From Chiloscyllium plagiosum (lineage: Eukaryota): DNA of 64,000 bases. The notes below the pieces were generated by a model. That model was given only the letters and a program-made list of their open reading frames with translations. It made no database searches and was not told the origin of the DNA. Below, piece by piece: positions 38,845 to 52,213 of this stretch. The position numbers and the translations under genes were made by a program. Numbering within the stretch: position 1 is the first letter of the stretch; each line of letters opens with the position of its first letter. The stretch covers positions 8,360,404 through 8,424,403 of the forward strand of contig NC_057751.1 in assembly GCF_004010195.1 (NCBI RefSeq), written 5' to 3'.

Positions 38845-39525
38845 TTCTGTACGAAGCTTTTATCGATGCACCAGACAAAGCATTCTGTCTGGAGGCATCA
38901 CGGCTTGGTACGGGAACTACTCTGCCCAGGACTGTAACAAGTTACAGAGAGTTGTGAATGCAGCCCAGTCCATCACACAGGCCAACCTTCAATCCAATGA
39001 CTCCATCTGCATTTCTCACTGCCTCAGAAAGGCACTAACACCAAAGACTCCTCCCAGCCCGGTTTTAATCTCTTCCAACCTCTTCTATCAGGCAGAAGAT
39101 ACAAAAGCTGAAACACGTGTACGACCAGGTTCCATTACAGCTCCTTTCCCGTTGTTATTAGACTGATGGAGGGACTAGATTAGAGTAGTGCTGGAATCAT
39201 TCCTGATGAAGGGTTTTTGCCGAAACGTCAGTTTTCCTGCTCCTTGGTTGCAGACTGACCTGCTGTGTTTTTCAGGAACCACTCTAATCTAGACTCTTAT
39301 CTCCAGCATCTGCAGTCCTCACTTTTGCCCTGATGGGTGGACCTCTCAAGTTTCAAATCTTATGTTGATCTTGCTTTTTGTACACCTTCTTTGCAGTTGG
39401 AATTTCATATTCCTCACTCTCTTCAATCACTCTATGATCTTTGTATATTATGATCTCCTTGTACTGCTGGCAAAACAAACCTTTTTACTGTACCTCGATA
39501 CATGTGACAATCATAAATCACTTCA
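38845..39525 (+). mobile_element. Rex1/Babar-like LINE 3' fragment with nested Penelope-like insertion (39175-39330)
   Basis: Translates FYRCT..SILSGGITAWYGN.SAQD..KLQRVVNAAQSIT, typical of the Rex1 ORF C-terminus. Confidence 0.8.
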
Positions 39526-42500
39526 AAAACCAAGAAACACACAGTGCATGTGAATATCTTCTCTGTTGAACCACCTGCGATATTTACCAAAATCTTCAAG
39601 GCTTATAACAAGATAGACTATCAATTGTACCTCAAGCACTTAAAAGTCAAGGTTACAAAATTTTGTAGGAAATGGTCCATTATATTGTTGAACCCTGCAG
39701 TAGCTTGGAGATTAATGCCAGCCATATTTTAAGGAGGCTACGTCTAGTAGTCACAACCTTAATTGAGAGGAGATTGATGAGGAAATGTCGAGACTGGGTT
39801 TGCTGCGACATTAAAATGACATCAGAATCAGTGACCAGACCAAAAGGTTGGAACCAGAGTTCCTCAGGCCAAAGATGGGCTGATGTGAACAATAGAGGAA
39901 GGGCAGGAGAGATAGAGGGAGAGAAGGGGGTGAGAAGGGAAAGAGTGGAAGAGTCTCCCGGTCTTTGCCTCCACCCCATAGCTTCTTCACTCCCTCACTA
40001 CCTTTTCATTCCTCCTCCCTGTGCCCTCATATCCTTACTGTGTCCTTACACAGACATACTGCCCTCAGTGCCAAACTCCCAACTTGTTCAAACTTTTTCT
40101 ACGTTGTGTTTCCTTGCTGCGCCTGTGCATTTCCTTGAAGCATGATGTTTGCAGAGTTCCGTAGGATGATGTAGTGGCTCAGGGACTGAGGGCTTGGGTT
40201 TTCCAACTGCCACTCGTGCACAATCACAACTGTCAGCAAGCACTGGCTGAAGGTGTCCCAAGAGGTTCATGTGAAATGCATATACATCAACTGCAGTTCA
40301 ACATGAATAAATAAACACAACACTTCTGGTGTTCTTTCAAGGAACCTGGATGTATCTGGCTGGACCAGCAACTGTTGCCCAGCCCCAAGTGTTCCTGAAT
40401 GGAATGGTGTCTTAGGGCCCTCTGAGAGGACTGAGTGAGTCAGTCCCACGGCTGTGGACACATAGTCATGTGGTGGCCAGACCAGGAAAGGACAGCAGAT
40501 TTCCTTCCTGGAAGGTCAGCCATGAATCCAGATGGATTTTTCAGAACAATCTTTGAGTCTTCATGTGGTCACCATGATTAGACTAGCTTTGGTCGCCTAC
40601 ACTGCAATAAGTCGCTTACACCTTAATCAATCCAACAAGTTGCATTTTAATTCCACCAGTTGTTGTAGGTGAATGTGAAGCCACCTCTGCAGATTGGATT
40701 CTATGTCAGGTGGCATTGTGACTGTGCCACCATCTCAACCAACTGAACAACTGCTGGTGCCGTCACTATTTGTCTTGGAAAACAAAAACTGAGCACTGCA
40801 CAATTCTTTGCCCGAATGTCACATAAGCAGTAAATGCATTTGCATTTGGTCTTGTTGCTGAACCTCCCCAAAGCAGCTTTGTTTGCAACTTATTCAGCGG
40901 AATCGCAGTCTATCAATCTCCTGCCTCAAATTAATTCAGCCAAAATCAGCTGGTTCATTGTGTGAAGAAACTGAAATTCCCCACGTCTAAGTAAATCACC
41001 TGCACCTCAATCAATCCACTAAGCCATGAAAATTGGAAAACAAATTCACCGAGACTTTATGAATAAACAGCTTTCAGGCTTGTTGTTGAATCCCCGAGCA
41101 CCAGCACTTGTCATTACTTTACTTGCCAGGTAGAAACAAAAGTCTCATTTTTAGTTTGGGGTTTTTCTGCATCAGAAAGATGTCAAAATGAAGAAATGTC
41201 GCAGTTACGCTGCACGCACGCCGAAAGGTGGCTCACATGAATTGCCCTTCCAATTGCATGACCTCTATTTTGTGTGGAGATTTAACAGGAAGTGGGTGCA
41301 AGCAGCAACAAGGTGAATGGAACAACGGTACCCGTACCAATCATGTAACAAAGCATGACCCTGCCCCTCCCTCATCCCACAACCTGCTCACCGCCTATTC
41401 CATTATTGTGTCAAGGGCTCAATGTCAGAGGCTTCAGCTCGGATAGATATTTCATCATCAATCTCCTCAGACAACTCTGGACCAGGTGAAACTTAAACCT
41501 GGACCTCCTGGTTCAGAGGAGTGGGTGCTACCATCACCCACTTGCATGGTAAATACAAATCTCCATCACTGCTATGTGTGCCAGAAAGTGCTCACATGCC
41601 GGGTAGTGTCAAATGCTATTCCAGTTACTGAGGTACAAACTTGGTCTTGGCTGGGGTTTACCTGGAGGGAGGGAGGGGCGGATGGGACTCAGAGGTGAAG
41701 GATGTTGGAGCAAGGCAGTTTGCAAGGGTTTGGGCCATGCTAACCTCACTGGATGAGGTGCTTAATTTGGATTGTGCCCATGAAGTGTGGTAAACTGGCT
41801 AGGGCAAGAGTAAACTTACACAATTCTGTTCAGACTGTGCCAGTAAATCTTTCACTCCACTGTACTGGGATGGTGTGACCTTGTTTTAATCAGAAAGATG
41901 GCAGTCCTCACTGACGTACTGCACTGAAATGTCACCCTAGACTTACGTTCGAAGCCCCAAAGTTTCAGACTTCAAGGAAACCAAAACAACTGAGGCAAAC
42001 CAACCATCCTCGAGACGAAAATAGAAATTGCTGGAAAATGTCAGCAGTCCTGACAGCATCTGTGAAGAGGAATCAGAATTAACTTTTCAGATCACGTGAC
42101 TCTTCCTCTGAGCTCGACCAGAAATGTTGACTGATTTCTCTCCACAGATGTTGCCAGACCTGGAGCTTTTCCAGCAATTTGTTTTTGTCCCTGACTTACA
42201 GTATCCACAGTTCTTTCAGACTTCATTTCGCAACCAATCCAGAGCTTGAATACAAATTAAGGTTTCCACAGACATTAAACTCAAGAGCATGTAGAAAGCA
42301 CAGCCTACCTGAAATATTAATTAAAGGAGAGATTTTGGATTTAAGTAAGGCCTGATTAAACTTTCCTTGAGAAGTATCTTTAGATTACCTACCCAGCAAG
42401 TGTGATGAAAGCTTGCAATATCTTACTATTTGGAAACTTGGCTTCTAAATTAAAGGCAAATGGCTTTTTGTTCTGTGAAGTCAGTTTCTCTTTAAGGGTC

Positions 42501-45500
42501 AGAAACTCCTTTTATTGCATCTGGCTAAGGTAACTCAGAGAGATGTGACTTGAACTAAATTAATAGGTAAGGTATCCCGGTGAGGTAACTGCTGAAGCGT
42601 TTAGGAAGTTGAGCTTGTGTGGTTCATGGAAAGAAAGGTCAGAGGTCAGAAGCAAATTCGGTTTGGGAGAAAATATTCATCTCACCAGATGTGCTGTTGA
42701 GCAGCCCAAATGTCATCAAAGCAGCTGGGAAAAGTTTTGGGTTTTTTCCGTAAGTGATCAGTGAGAAAAGTTAGCTCGTGCCTTTATGGATCAGGAACAG
42801 ACAGAATCCTATTTAGAGATAGCTCGTAGGACTAAAAGGATTAAAGAGTACCGTGGAGAAAGCCAGAAATGGATACTGAGTGAGATGATAAAGCCATGAT
42901 CAAACTGAAGTACAGAACAGGCCCAAAGGGCTGAATGGCCTGCTCCTATTTTCGATGTCTCTATTTCTCAATGGGGTTTGGAATCTATTCACAGATGATG
43001 TGGGATTTGGTAATTGAGAGAGGTGCTCTCATGTTAATTTGCTGTTGAAAAACATCTTTGAAAAAATGAGCAACATTTTTTTCACACATGAAGAGGAGGA
43101 TTGCATGACCTGACAGAAATGCTAAGTCAATCAATGAATATGAACGGAATTTGTTTATAGATGTTGAGAAAGTGGTACTGTTCAGGGGAAATGTGGACAT
43201 GACATGATTTAACACACAAATCCACATGAAGCTCAAGCTGGGCTTAGAATGAGGTAAACAATTTTAGTTAACTTCATTAGCAATAATCATATGAATCATT
43301 TAAGATTCATTCTAATTTATTCTTATTCAAGAGTATTGCACAAATACACTCGGATGGTGAGCAGCAGACAGAATTTCTGTGAAAATGCAAGGTGCCTGAA
43401 TCATTATTAACCCTGAGAACCTATGTTTAAATGTAATGTCAAGATGATTCCATACCACATCAAGAAAGGCAAAGGCAATGGGGTTTAGTCAAGGATGGGA
43501 ATGCCATACAGGTTTCAGAGAGAAGGTAGAATGGCATTTGGGGAAAATAGGGAGTGGTGAGACCAAGGTTAACAGGCACCTTGCGGAATATGTGAAAAAC
43601 AAGGTGTTTGTCTGAAACAGACCGTTCCAGAGTCCGAGAAATATATCATCTACCTGACTTACAATATATCAATATCAGATGAATACTTGTTGAGTTAGAG
43701 TGCTACCTCGGAATCTCTTCTGGGGCAGACTCTCCCAATGTTGGTTCAAGAAACGATCATTGACCTATACCTCGAGCTCCCTGAGAGATTATTTTGGAAA
43801 ATTATCCACCACAACACTGGTTTGTACGATTAACATGGGCAGCTCTTTCAGAAAGCCAGGACAGCAACAATGTGTTTCAAGATTCTGAGATTCAATGATT
43901 GATGCCTGGAGAAGGGAGTGGAGAAAGACTCTCAATAACCAATTAGTTACCACGGTGGGAAAGGAAGGTGCATTGTCGATTATTCCCAGTGAATTTGCTG
44001 ACATTATCAAAATACTCATCTTTGCTTCTGGCGTTGTACTTCTTGAAGGCGGCAAGGCCATCATAAAGTCAACCGAAGGTGATTAATGTTGCACTTTGTT
44101 GGAGAAATCCCAACCCTGAAATTGATACATAAGTCTCATGTCATCAGAACTGTTCAGATAGGGGATTGCCCACATTCATGAACCAAATGTTTCTTTCACA
44201 GCTGTGAACTCAGTCGTTTTACATTTCCAGCAGTTCTGTGCTTTTATTTTCAGATGACCTAAGGATTTGCTCCAACTCCTTTCCCTAAGGTATCATGTTG
44301 GAATCACCCCTTTCTGGTCAGTATTTTCATGGCCCATTGACATTCAGCCTTTTATCCCTTTTGCAAGGCTTAAGTACTCCCTTGAGATTTCAGCTTGGAG
44401 GTGGATGTATGGCGAGGGAACAGATCAAGGTGTATTTCAGACAGTGAAGCATTCTGGGTGACATTGTGAGCAGATGTTAATCTCATTGCCTTGCACAATT
44501 TCCTGAAAGGGCCTTTCAGCCACTTCGCCCGGGAGATCCATCAGCATTCACTGCTCAAGCAGCAACTTTCTGAAAAGAATCCTCAGCAAGGGGAAAAAAA
44601 ATTACAGCAACGCAATAAATCATAACTGTTTTGCAGGTACTTGATCTTGTCTCTGCACATTTTGTGTTTGTGTTGAAGCATGTTAGTGCCCAGAAATAGA
44701 ATGCTTCAAACCTCAAGCCTTGAGTATCAGCACTCTCAGACTAGCTGTATCACAGTTAAATGTAGAATGATCATCCCTCCAGACTATCCTTACTGCAAAA
44801 TCAGACACTAAGTCATGCTCCCTCTTGACCACCCATCAAGCAATGCCAGACTGAAAAGTAATGTCAGCAATGTCCCAGATGGCTGTCTCTCATCAGAGAA
44901 ATACAACTGGTCATGTGTTTAACCTGAGGGATACCATGCCCTCACGCAAGGGACAAATTTGAGAAGGTGAGATCTTCATGGTGACTTCAGTTGGTGCAGC
45001 AATTGAACCCACACTGTTGGGAATCACTGTGCATCTCGAACCAGCCGTTCAGCTGATTGAGCTAACCATGGATCAACAGACCCTGCGCTGTCCCATCAAG
45101 CACATCCAAGCATCAGGTGAGGTGCAGACTCGAGGTTGCTCTACATTGTTCTAAAATTCTTGCCTCAGAAGATGATGCCCAATCTGTAACAAATGTACTT
45201 GTCCATACAATCTGTTCCATATGGACACCCTCTGCCTCACCTAAGTCCACTTGAGAGTTCAGGAGATGGATGTGGCCTTTCAAGGGAAGGATATTTAAAC
45301 TTCAGTTTGTGTTCACGCAAATCAAAGGGCAAATAAAATATTGTGCAAGCCACCTCAGGACAGACAAATAGCCAGGGTTGAGTCTTTAAATAGAGGTGCT
45401 GAGCGAGAGTGTCTAATTCTGGGGGAGTGGAGCCGAGGAATGTTCTGAACCTTGTTCTTTTCAAATTGATCAGTGTGACACACCTTGCCAAGACCCACCT

Positions 45501-47059
45501 GTCTGCTGCCACACACAGCGAGTGAAAAGTCCACTGGGCACGACACAACAACCAGGGCATGTGGGACCACAACAGACAATTAGTTCTGCTCTGGCAAGAA
45601 TTGAACACAAATGAGGAATGTTAGCACTGAAAAATAAATTAAGTTAAATTCCAAGTTACAAAGCAAGCAAATTCCTGATCAAAAATAGAAAATGCTGCAG
45701 GAAAAGCAGGTCTGACAGCATCTGAGTTCTGAATGCGGGTCACTGGACTCCAAACGTTAACTCTGCTTTCTCTCCACAGATGGTGCCAGACCTGTTGAGT
45801 TTCTCAAGCAATTTCTGCTTTTGTTTCAGACTTCCTACATCCACAGTTCTTTGCTTTAAAATCCTGATCAATGCATATGATATTGCACATTACCCGCTTT
45901 TCGTTCGTCTGGTCTTCATTCATCAGAAAGTTCCCACTCAATCGTTCAAATGGCCATTCTTGTGAATTACGTATAATGACAAGTGTCGGTGTGCATTATT
46001 TCAGGCAAATGGAGCTGGAAAGGAAATAAGAGCAGGAACCAATTAACCCCGCCCTTATCCAGGGGATACTGAGGCCAATTGTGGTGCCTTACAGACACAT
46101 AGCAAAGAATTCAACACCAGCAGGGAAATTAAGCTGTATACTTCAATTCTGAAGGTTTAATGCGATAGTGGGCATCTTATTCACAGAGCTGTCAAGAAAC
46201 CAGCATTTATATTAAAAGAATGAATTACCTGAATCGCATCTAAATTCATATTTGCCAGAATATATCTTATCTCAGCAATATGAATTCTAAGTGTACATAA
46301 CTCTCATCTGTACAAGTCATGAATCAGTTGTCAGGGCTGTTCGAATCACTGTCTGACCTGAGCTGACACGAGAAAAACTCACAATCCTCATTCTTGTTTT
46401 TTCACCGAAAACAAAGCCAATCTCGACTCCTAGCAGAACAATCCTGGTGCCTTAAATTATAATCATTGTCACCCACACTAGCTCACAGCAAAGCTTATTT
46501 CAGGTTCAACTCAAACGTTGACTTCAGATTATTGGAGATTTCCACACACCCTCCACAAGAACTCTGCCATGTGCTCTGAATGAAGATTCAGTTTACTCCA
46601 CAACACAATGGTCCAAATAAAACAGTGGCACGCATGAACGTAACCAGTTTCTGCTGCTGAAGACTGCACCCCAGGCACAGACCCCACAAACATTCATCGA
46701 TCAGAATGTGAAAGCACATTCTCAACGAAGATGAGAATAATGATTCAGGCTTCTCTCAATATCAGCAATGACACAATGTTTAAGGAGTTGCTACCTCTCC
46801 AAAAAGACAAATTAACAGTGACCTAATTAAATGTTTCATAAATAAGCAATGAAATCTCAGCAAAGGTATTCAGAGACAGATCTTGCTAAAAGATTCAAAT
46901 ACCTTGTAAGAGACCCAATCCTTTTCCCTGTTTTCCTATAGGTCTCACATCTCAGTTCTACTATCAGTCTTGTGAATCTCTGTTTCTGCACCCTCACCAG
47001 TACCTCAATATCTTTTTCCACAATACAGAGAACATAAATGCACACAGTAGGCAGAAGAG

Positions 47060-47275
47060 TTGCATGGCTGGGCAGACAGATAGAGTGACAAAAGTGAAGG
47101 GTTGGGAAAATCGAGTCAATTGACAAAGTGACCAGGGACATGGATTGGGCAGTTGGGTAGATGGATCGAGTGACCAAGTTAATCAATTGAGTCATCAGTT
47201 AGATGGATTAAGTGACCAGGGTGATGTGCTGAATAACTGAATACATGGACAGAGTGACTGGGTTGTGTGGCAGAG
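47060..47275. repeat. Degenerate minisatellite (gagtgaccagggtgatggatt-like unit)
   Basis: Recurring agtgac/gagtc at roughly 20-40 bp spacing. Confidence 0.5.
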
Positions 47276-48464
47276 TAGAGCACTCTGTTAAGTGGTTTAT
47301 TATTCTGAAATATGTATTTCCCATGTTCTCCCCAATGGTTGCCTCATAATGTCAGACTGTGCCTGCAGACAGAAAAAAAGCAGCAAGTGGAAAAATAGCG
47401 TTCATTGCTTGCATTGCATTTCACAAAAAAACTTCACTCAATATTCTCCCTGAGGTACCAAGTAACTTGAAATTGGACGTTATTCAACTTCCGCACATGC
47501 TGAGCAAAGAGAAACCTGCAGTGCTACAAAGATCCAACTGAAACCTGCTCCGAAGACAGGAAAGAGCCAAACTCACTTCCATATAAAGGCATCATCACTC
47601 CCCACAGAAAGTCTCACAACACATTCACCTGCAATTATCTATGAACGCAGGGACCTGTTCTTGAGGGAAGCACCGCAGCCAATTTAATTTGCAGATGCTT
47701 ATGACAAAATGCAACGTAAATGGTCATGCAATCTTGTTGTTGATGCTGATGGAGAGAGAACTGTTGTCCTGGACACAGAGACAATTGTCTTCTGTGCACC
47801 ATCAGTGCACTGTAAGGACCTTGCAAATGAATGAAAGAGCCTTTTTGGGTACAATCAAGTTCAGCACAAGTTCACAATTTTGATCAGATGTGCAAAGGTC
47901 TGGGAGACTGAAATGTGGCAATAATGCCTCAAAACAATTTCCTGAAATACAGATGAATAAACATTGTGAATGATGATCAAACAGAGATACACCCTGTCAC
48001 GAGTGGGAGTAGTGCGTGCAAACAATACATGCCAAGCAAAGTAGAAATTCAAGTTTCATGACATTCAGACTAAAAGTGATTCGCAAGAACACTAAAATAT
48101 TTCTTTCTGAGGCTTTGTTTCAAACTCCAGTAAATTCTACATTTAAATTGGGTGCAAGGGTCAAGGGATTGACAGAGCCAAAGTGACATTGAAAATACCA
48201 GCACTTCTGACAACCAAAAGCACTAACGTCATGATGATAGTTTTCTACTCTTGCTGGTGTGCCATATTGTGAGACACGTTGCTGTATCAGTAACATATTA
48301 CACTGAAACTTGTTTTACCATTATCTTGATATTAAGAGGATAGTAACATCTCATGATTGTTTTGAGGGAACAGCAGGAAACGAATGCTTTGACCAAAACT
48401 CCTCTTTCAACGGGCAGCATTAAAGGCAAGTTGTTTGACCAAATTTAAAGCAAATTGTTTGACT

Positions 48465-48715
48465 GGATTTCCTCCAGGTGCTCCAGTTTCCTACCACGGT
48501 CCAAAGATGTGTGAGTCAGTGATTTGGCCATGCTAAACTGCCCGTAGCGTCCATGGATGTGTAGGTTAGATGGATTAGCTATGGGAATAAGCTTGCAGGA
48601 AATGCAGGGTTACAGGGACAAGGGAGAAGATGGGTCTGGGTGGGATGCTTTTTGGAAATTCAATGTGGACTCAATGGGCTGAATGGCCTGCTTTCACGCT
48701 GTAGGGATTTGATGA
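48465..48715 (+). mobile_element. 5'-truncated HE1 / V-SINE
   Basis: Partial V-domain and tail. Confidence 0.8.
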
Positions 48716-51602
48716 TTATTTCTGGATCTCACACATGCACTCAAAAATTGCCAACATTAAACAGGAGTCGCAGGGTGGCACAACGAAATGCTGCATAACA
48801 GCACATTCACCTTTTGCAAATTATGCAAAAAACAAACGGCAGAGAAACTTCAGCATCCAAACACAAAAAAAATTCAGATTTGTCAAAACCACTCCCGGCA
48901 CAGTGGGCTTTCTTATCACAACTCAGCTCAGCCAGCACATTTGAAGAGCCTGCCATCAAAAAAAATACAAGCTGGTGTTTTGTAGATGGGATGGAACACA
49001 ATCAAAAGAGAGGTGGAGAAAGGTGAAAGAACCTTAGAACAGAATCTGTGCAACAGTAAGTCACACAGACTGCCCAGATGTACAGCCCATTGCATGAAAT
49101 CATAGCTGGCCGTGGACCGAAGCTGCACTTTCTGGCTTCCACATAACTTGATACCCTCTGAGTCCAAAAGTCTAAAATTGGCAGTCTTTGAATATACTCA
49201 ACAATAGAATTCCAGAAATTCACTACACTTTGATTGAAGGACTTTCACCATGTTTCAGACCAGAGATTGAGTGTCTGGGTTCCACCCTGCCAAACGCAGC
49301 TGCCCCTCTGCCTCTAATCCACAACCCATGCAAATCCTTCGACATTTCAATGTGGTGACTTACTGACTCCTCAAAAGAAACAAGAAACAGAAAAGAAAAG
49401 AGCATGTGGAGGGAAAGAAAGAAATACATCAATAATAGTATTCTCTACGCAGATGAAAAGCTAGAAATAAAAAGGTGCAAGGTAATGAGTAGAGTTAAAG
49501 ACTTGGGGGTGAAGCAGTATGAAGATTTCACAAGACTTTGCAAATAGAGTGGTCTATATCATCTTTGGGCCATGCTTTAAGGTGGCATGACACCCCAAGA
49601 TAGGGATTTCTTGTGCCAACCTGTGACACAGGTGAAATCTTGACCTGTGTGTGGTTAGCATGTTTAAGTAGAAGTTAGTATTTACCAACACCAAAGAGTT
49701 CTACAGTCTTTTCAACCCTTTATTCCAGGCCAAACCCAAGGTAGCATTAGCAATCATCACAACTTAAAGGACATCCTAAAGCACTTGACAGTTACTGAAG
49801 TGCTTTTGAATGATAGTCATTGCTGTAATGTAGAAATCAAGGCAGTCCAATTTACTGAAAGGTTCCACAAACAGCAATGTAATAACAACGAGAGAATATC
49901 TTTCTGTCACCAGCAAATTTGAAATTTGAAATTTGAAAAAGTAGGAAGCTCTGCAAAGAAGGGCAGCTCAATGAGACACTAATTTCATCCAGAATCCTGT
50001 CCGTCTATTATGATTTATGTTTTCCACGTGCCATTTTTAATCTTGGTTTTCATGTTTTAGAGTTTCTCAAGCTGCTCTTCCCACTCACTCTTGACAAATG
50101 CTTTGTTCCTTTACAACAACCATTGCTGCTCCCTTTGCCTCTGCTTCCTCGTATCTTTTCCACCTTCTCTCTTTTCTCAAAGCATCATTTATGTTCATTC
50201 TCCCATGTGACTCCTTCCCCACTTCAGTGTCACAAAGCCCATCACATTTCTCAGTTCACTTCTGAACAAGTCGTATTCAATTCGAAAGGGTGGAAATGTT
50301 TCTTCCCACAGAGGCTAACAGACCTGCAGAGTGTAGCCAATCTGTTCTGTTGTTGCATCTGTTCCTGTTAACTGATGCCACTTGATGTAAAAATACTGAA
50401 CAAAACTCCAGGCATGGTGAAGTTCCCTGCTCCTCTTCACAAAGGCAGCATTAGGATCGTTAGCATCTGCCATCGAAGGCACCCTGGCTTAATGTCTCAG
50501 CTGAAAGACAGTGTGTCTGACAATGCAGCACTCACCCACTGCTGTGTTTGGATGGCAACTTTGGTTTGGAGCACAACTCTTTGGGGAGATAATCTACCAC
50601 CTTCTGGCCCAGAGGCTGGAGTGTAAGTCACTGAACAAAAGCTGACGATGGGAAAGCACGAATATCCCAGTCAGATGGAGCGATATTAAAAGGTCCATTT
50701 CTTGTTCGAAAGAAAGTTATACTCCTTAATTTACAATCTGTTTGAGGTCCACCACTTCCATACCACCTCAACCTTCGGTACATTTATCGACTTGAACAGA
50801 ATCTGTTGGTCCAACCTTGGTGAAAACTGTGGCGCAGCAGTTACATAGTTACATGTCATAGCTTCTAAGACATTTACATATGAGTCTGCATGACCTTTAC
50901 AAGTTTCACCTCACATTTAACATAGTTTTCAAAATGTCACCAGAGATTCACTGTTCCTGAGGAAAGCCAAGACACAACCTTTAACTAAAGTTTTCCCATT
51001 TGTTTCATTCCGGTCACGGGTTTGATTCTGTTGCAATCAATTCTGCTGTCACACGAAACTCAGCCACGCAGAGAATATGGCCCTTTCAAATGCCCGACAT
51101 GCATTCTGTCTGAGCTCCAATTCTTTGCATTCCTGAACTACGCAGTGTTCTTCAGATCGCGTCAATTGTTTGACAGTAACTCTGAGACTGCTCTTGCCAA
51201 TCTGAACTGGACCTTAAAGTCCCGTGGACCTCACAGTTAGTTCCGTGATGCTTCAACTGGAACTCTGCCAGGTGCATAAGCATTTTACCTGAACGGATTC
51301 ACCTTCCATGAGGAATGATGAAAGACCACTGACCTGAAATGTTAACTCAGTTTGTCTGCCTCCACTGCCAGACTTGCTGAGAACTTACAGCCTTTTCTAG
51401 ATTTTCTTATAATTGTTTGTTCAAGACATCCATTCAGACTGGGATGAAGCTGTAACTGGTTTGCAACACCCTCTGCAGATGTGAGGGCAGCATTGAACCT
51501 CAGAGCCAAGAAGAATGCAAGATAAAAATACTTAAATCTTGCTGCAAATATCCACATCTTGAGTATTGTGTACAGTTTTGGTCTCCTAACGTCAGTAGGG
51601 AT

Positions 51603-52213
51603 CGTTACAGATCAGACGAAACCCCACCAAAATATATGAAGAAGGTAGTCTTGACCCTAGCATTTTATTATTTTAAAGGAAAGTGTAAGATATTACAGGT
51701 CAGGTGCAATTTGATTGGTCAAATTATTCAAATTTAAGCACATCACATTTTATTTTCACACTACAGGTAAAAATAGAAAAGAAAAGAATTGGCTTAACTG
51801 TAATGATTGAAACGCTTAACAAAGTAATATATTAATTACTACTAATTAACTGTTTCAATACAGTGATATCCCATAAACACATCCTTGGCAAAGGCAAATT
51901 CAGCAAAATAGATTGTCTCACATGCAATTCTAGCAGCAGGAAGAGAACTCCAGCTTTTAGCTGTAACAGAGAGAGGAATGAGAGCTTCCACAACCAGCTT
52001 CTAGACCCCAGCAACTGCAGAAAGCAAAAACTAAAAACCTGATTCCGTGGAAGCTTGATCCCAACCTTTCAGGCTGCTTGTGTCTTTCCAACTTAAAAAA
52101 AAAACCCAGGCCCCACAAAATGTTTATTTAATTGGCTTTGCAGCAGAACACTCAGCACCTCAGTTTCAAACCCAAGTCAAAATATACCTCTTAGAGCCAA
52201 TAGTATGGTCACA
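51603..52213 (-). mobile_element. Solo LTR (family A) inserted in an old CR1 remnant
   Basis: Reverse complement similar to 8325-9280; ends GTCACA. Confidence 0.6.

Noticed and set aside
39672..40145. 157-aa plus ORF
   Set aside because: Crosses purine- and pyrimidine-rich low-complexity tracts; no homology or consistent splice structure recognised
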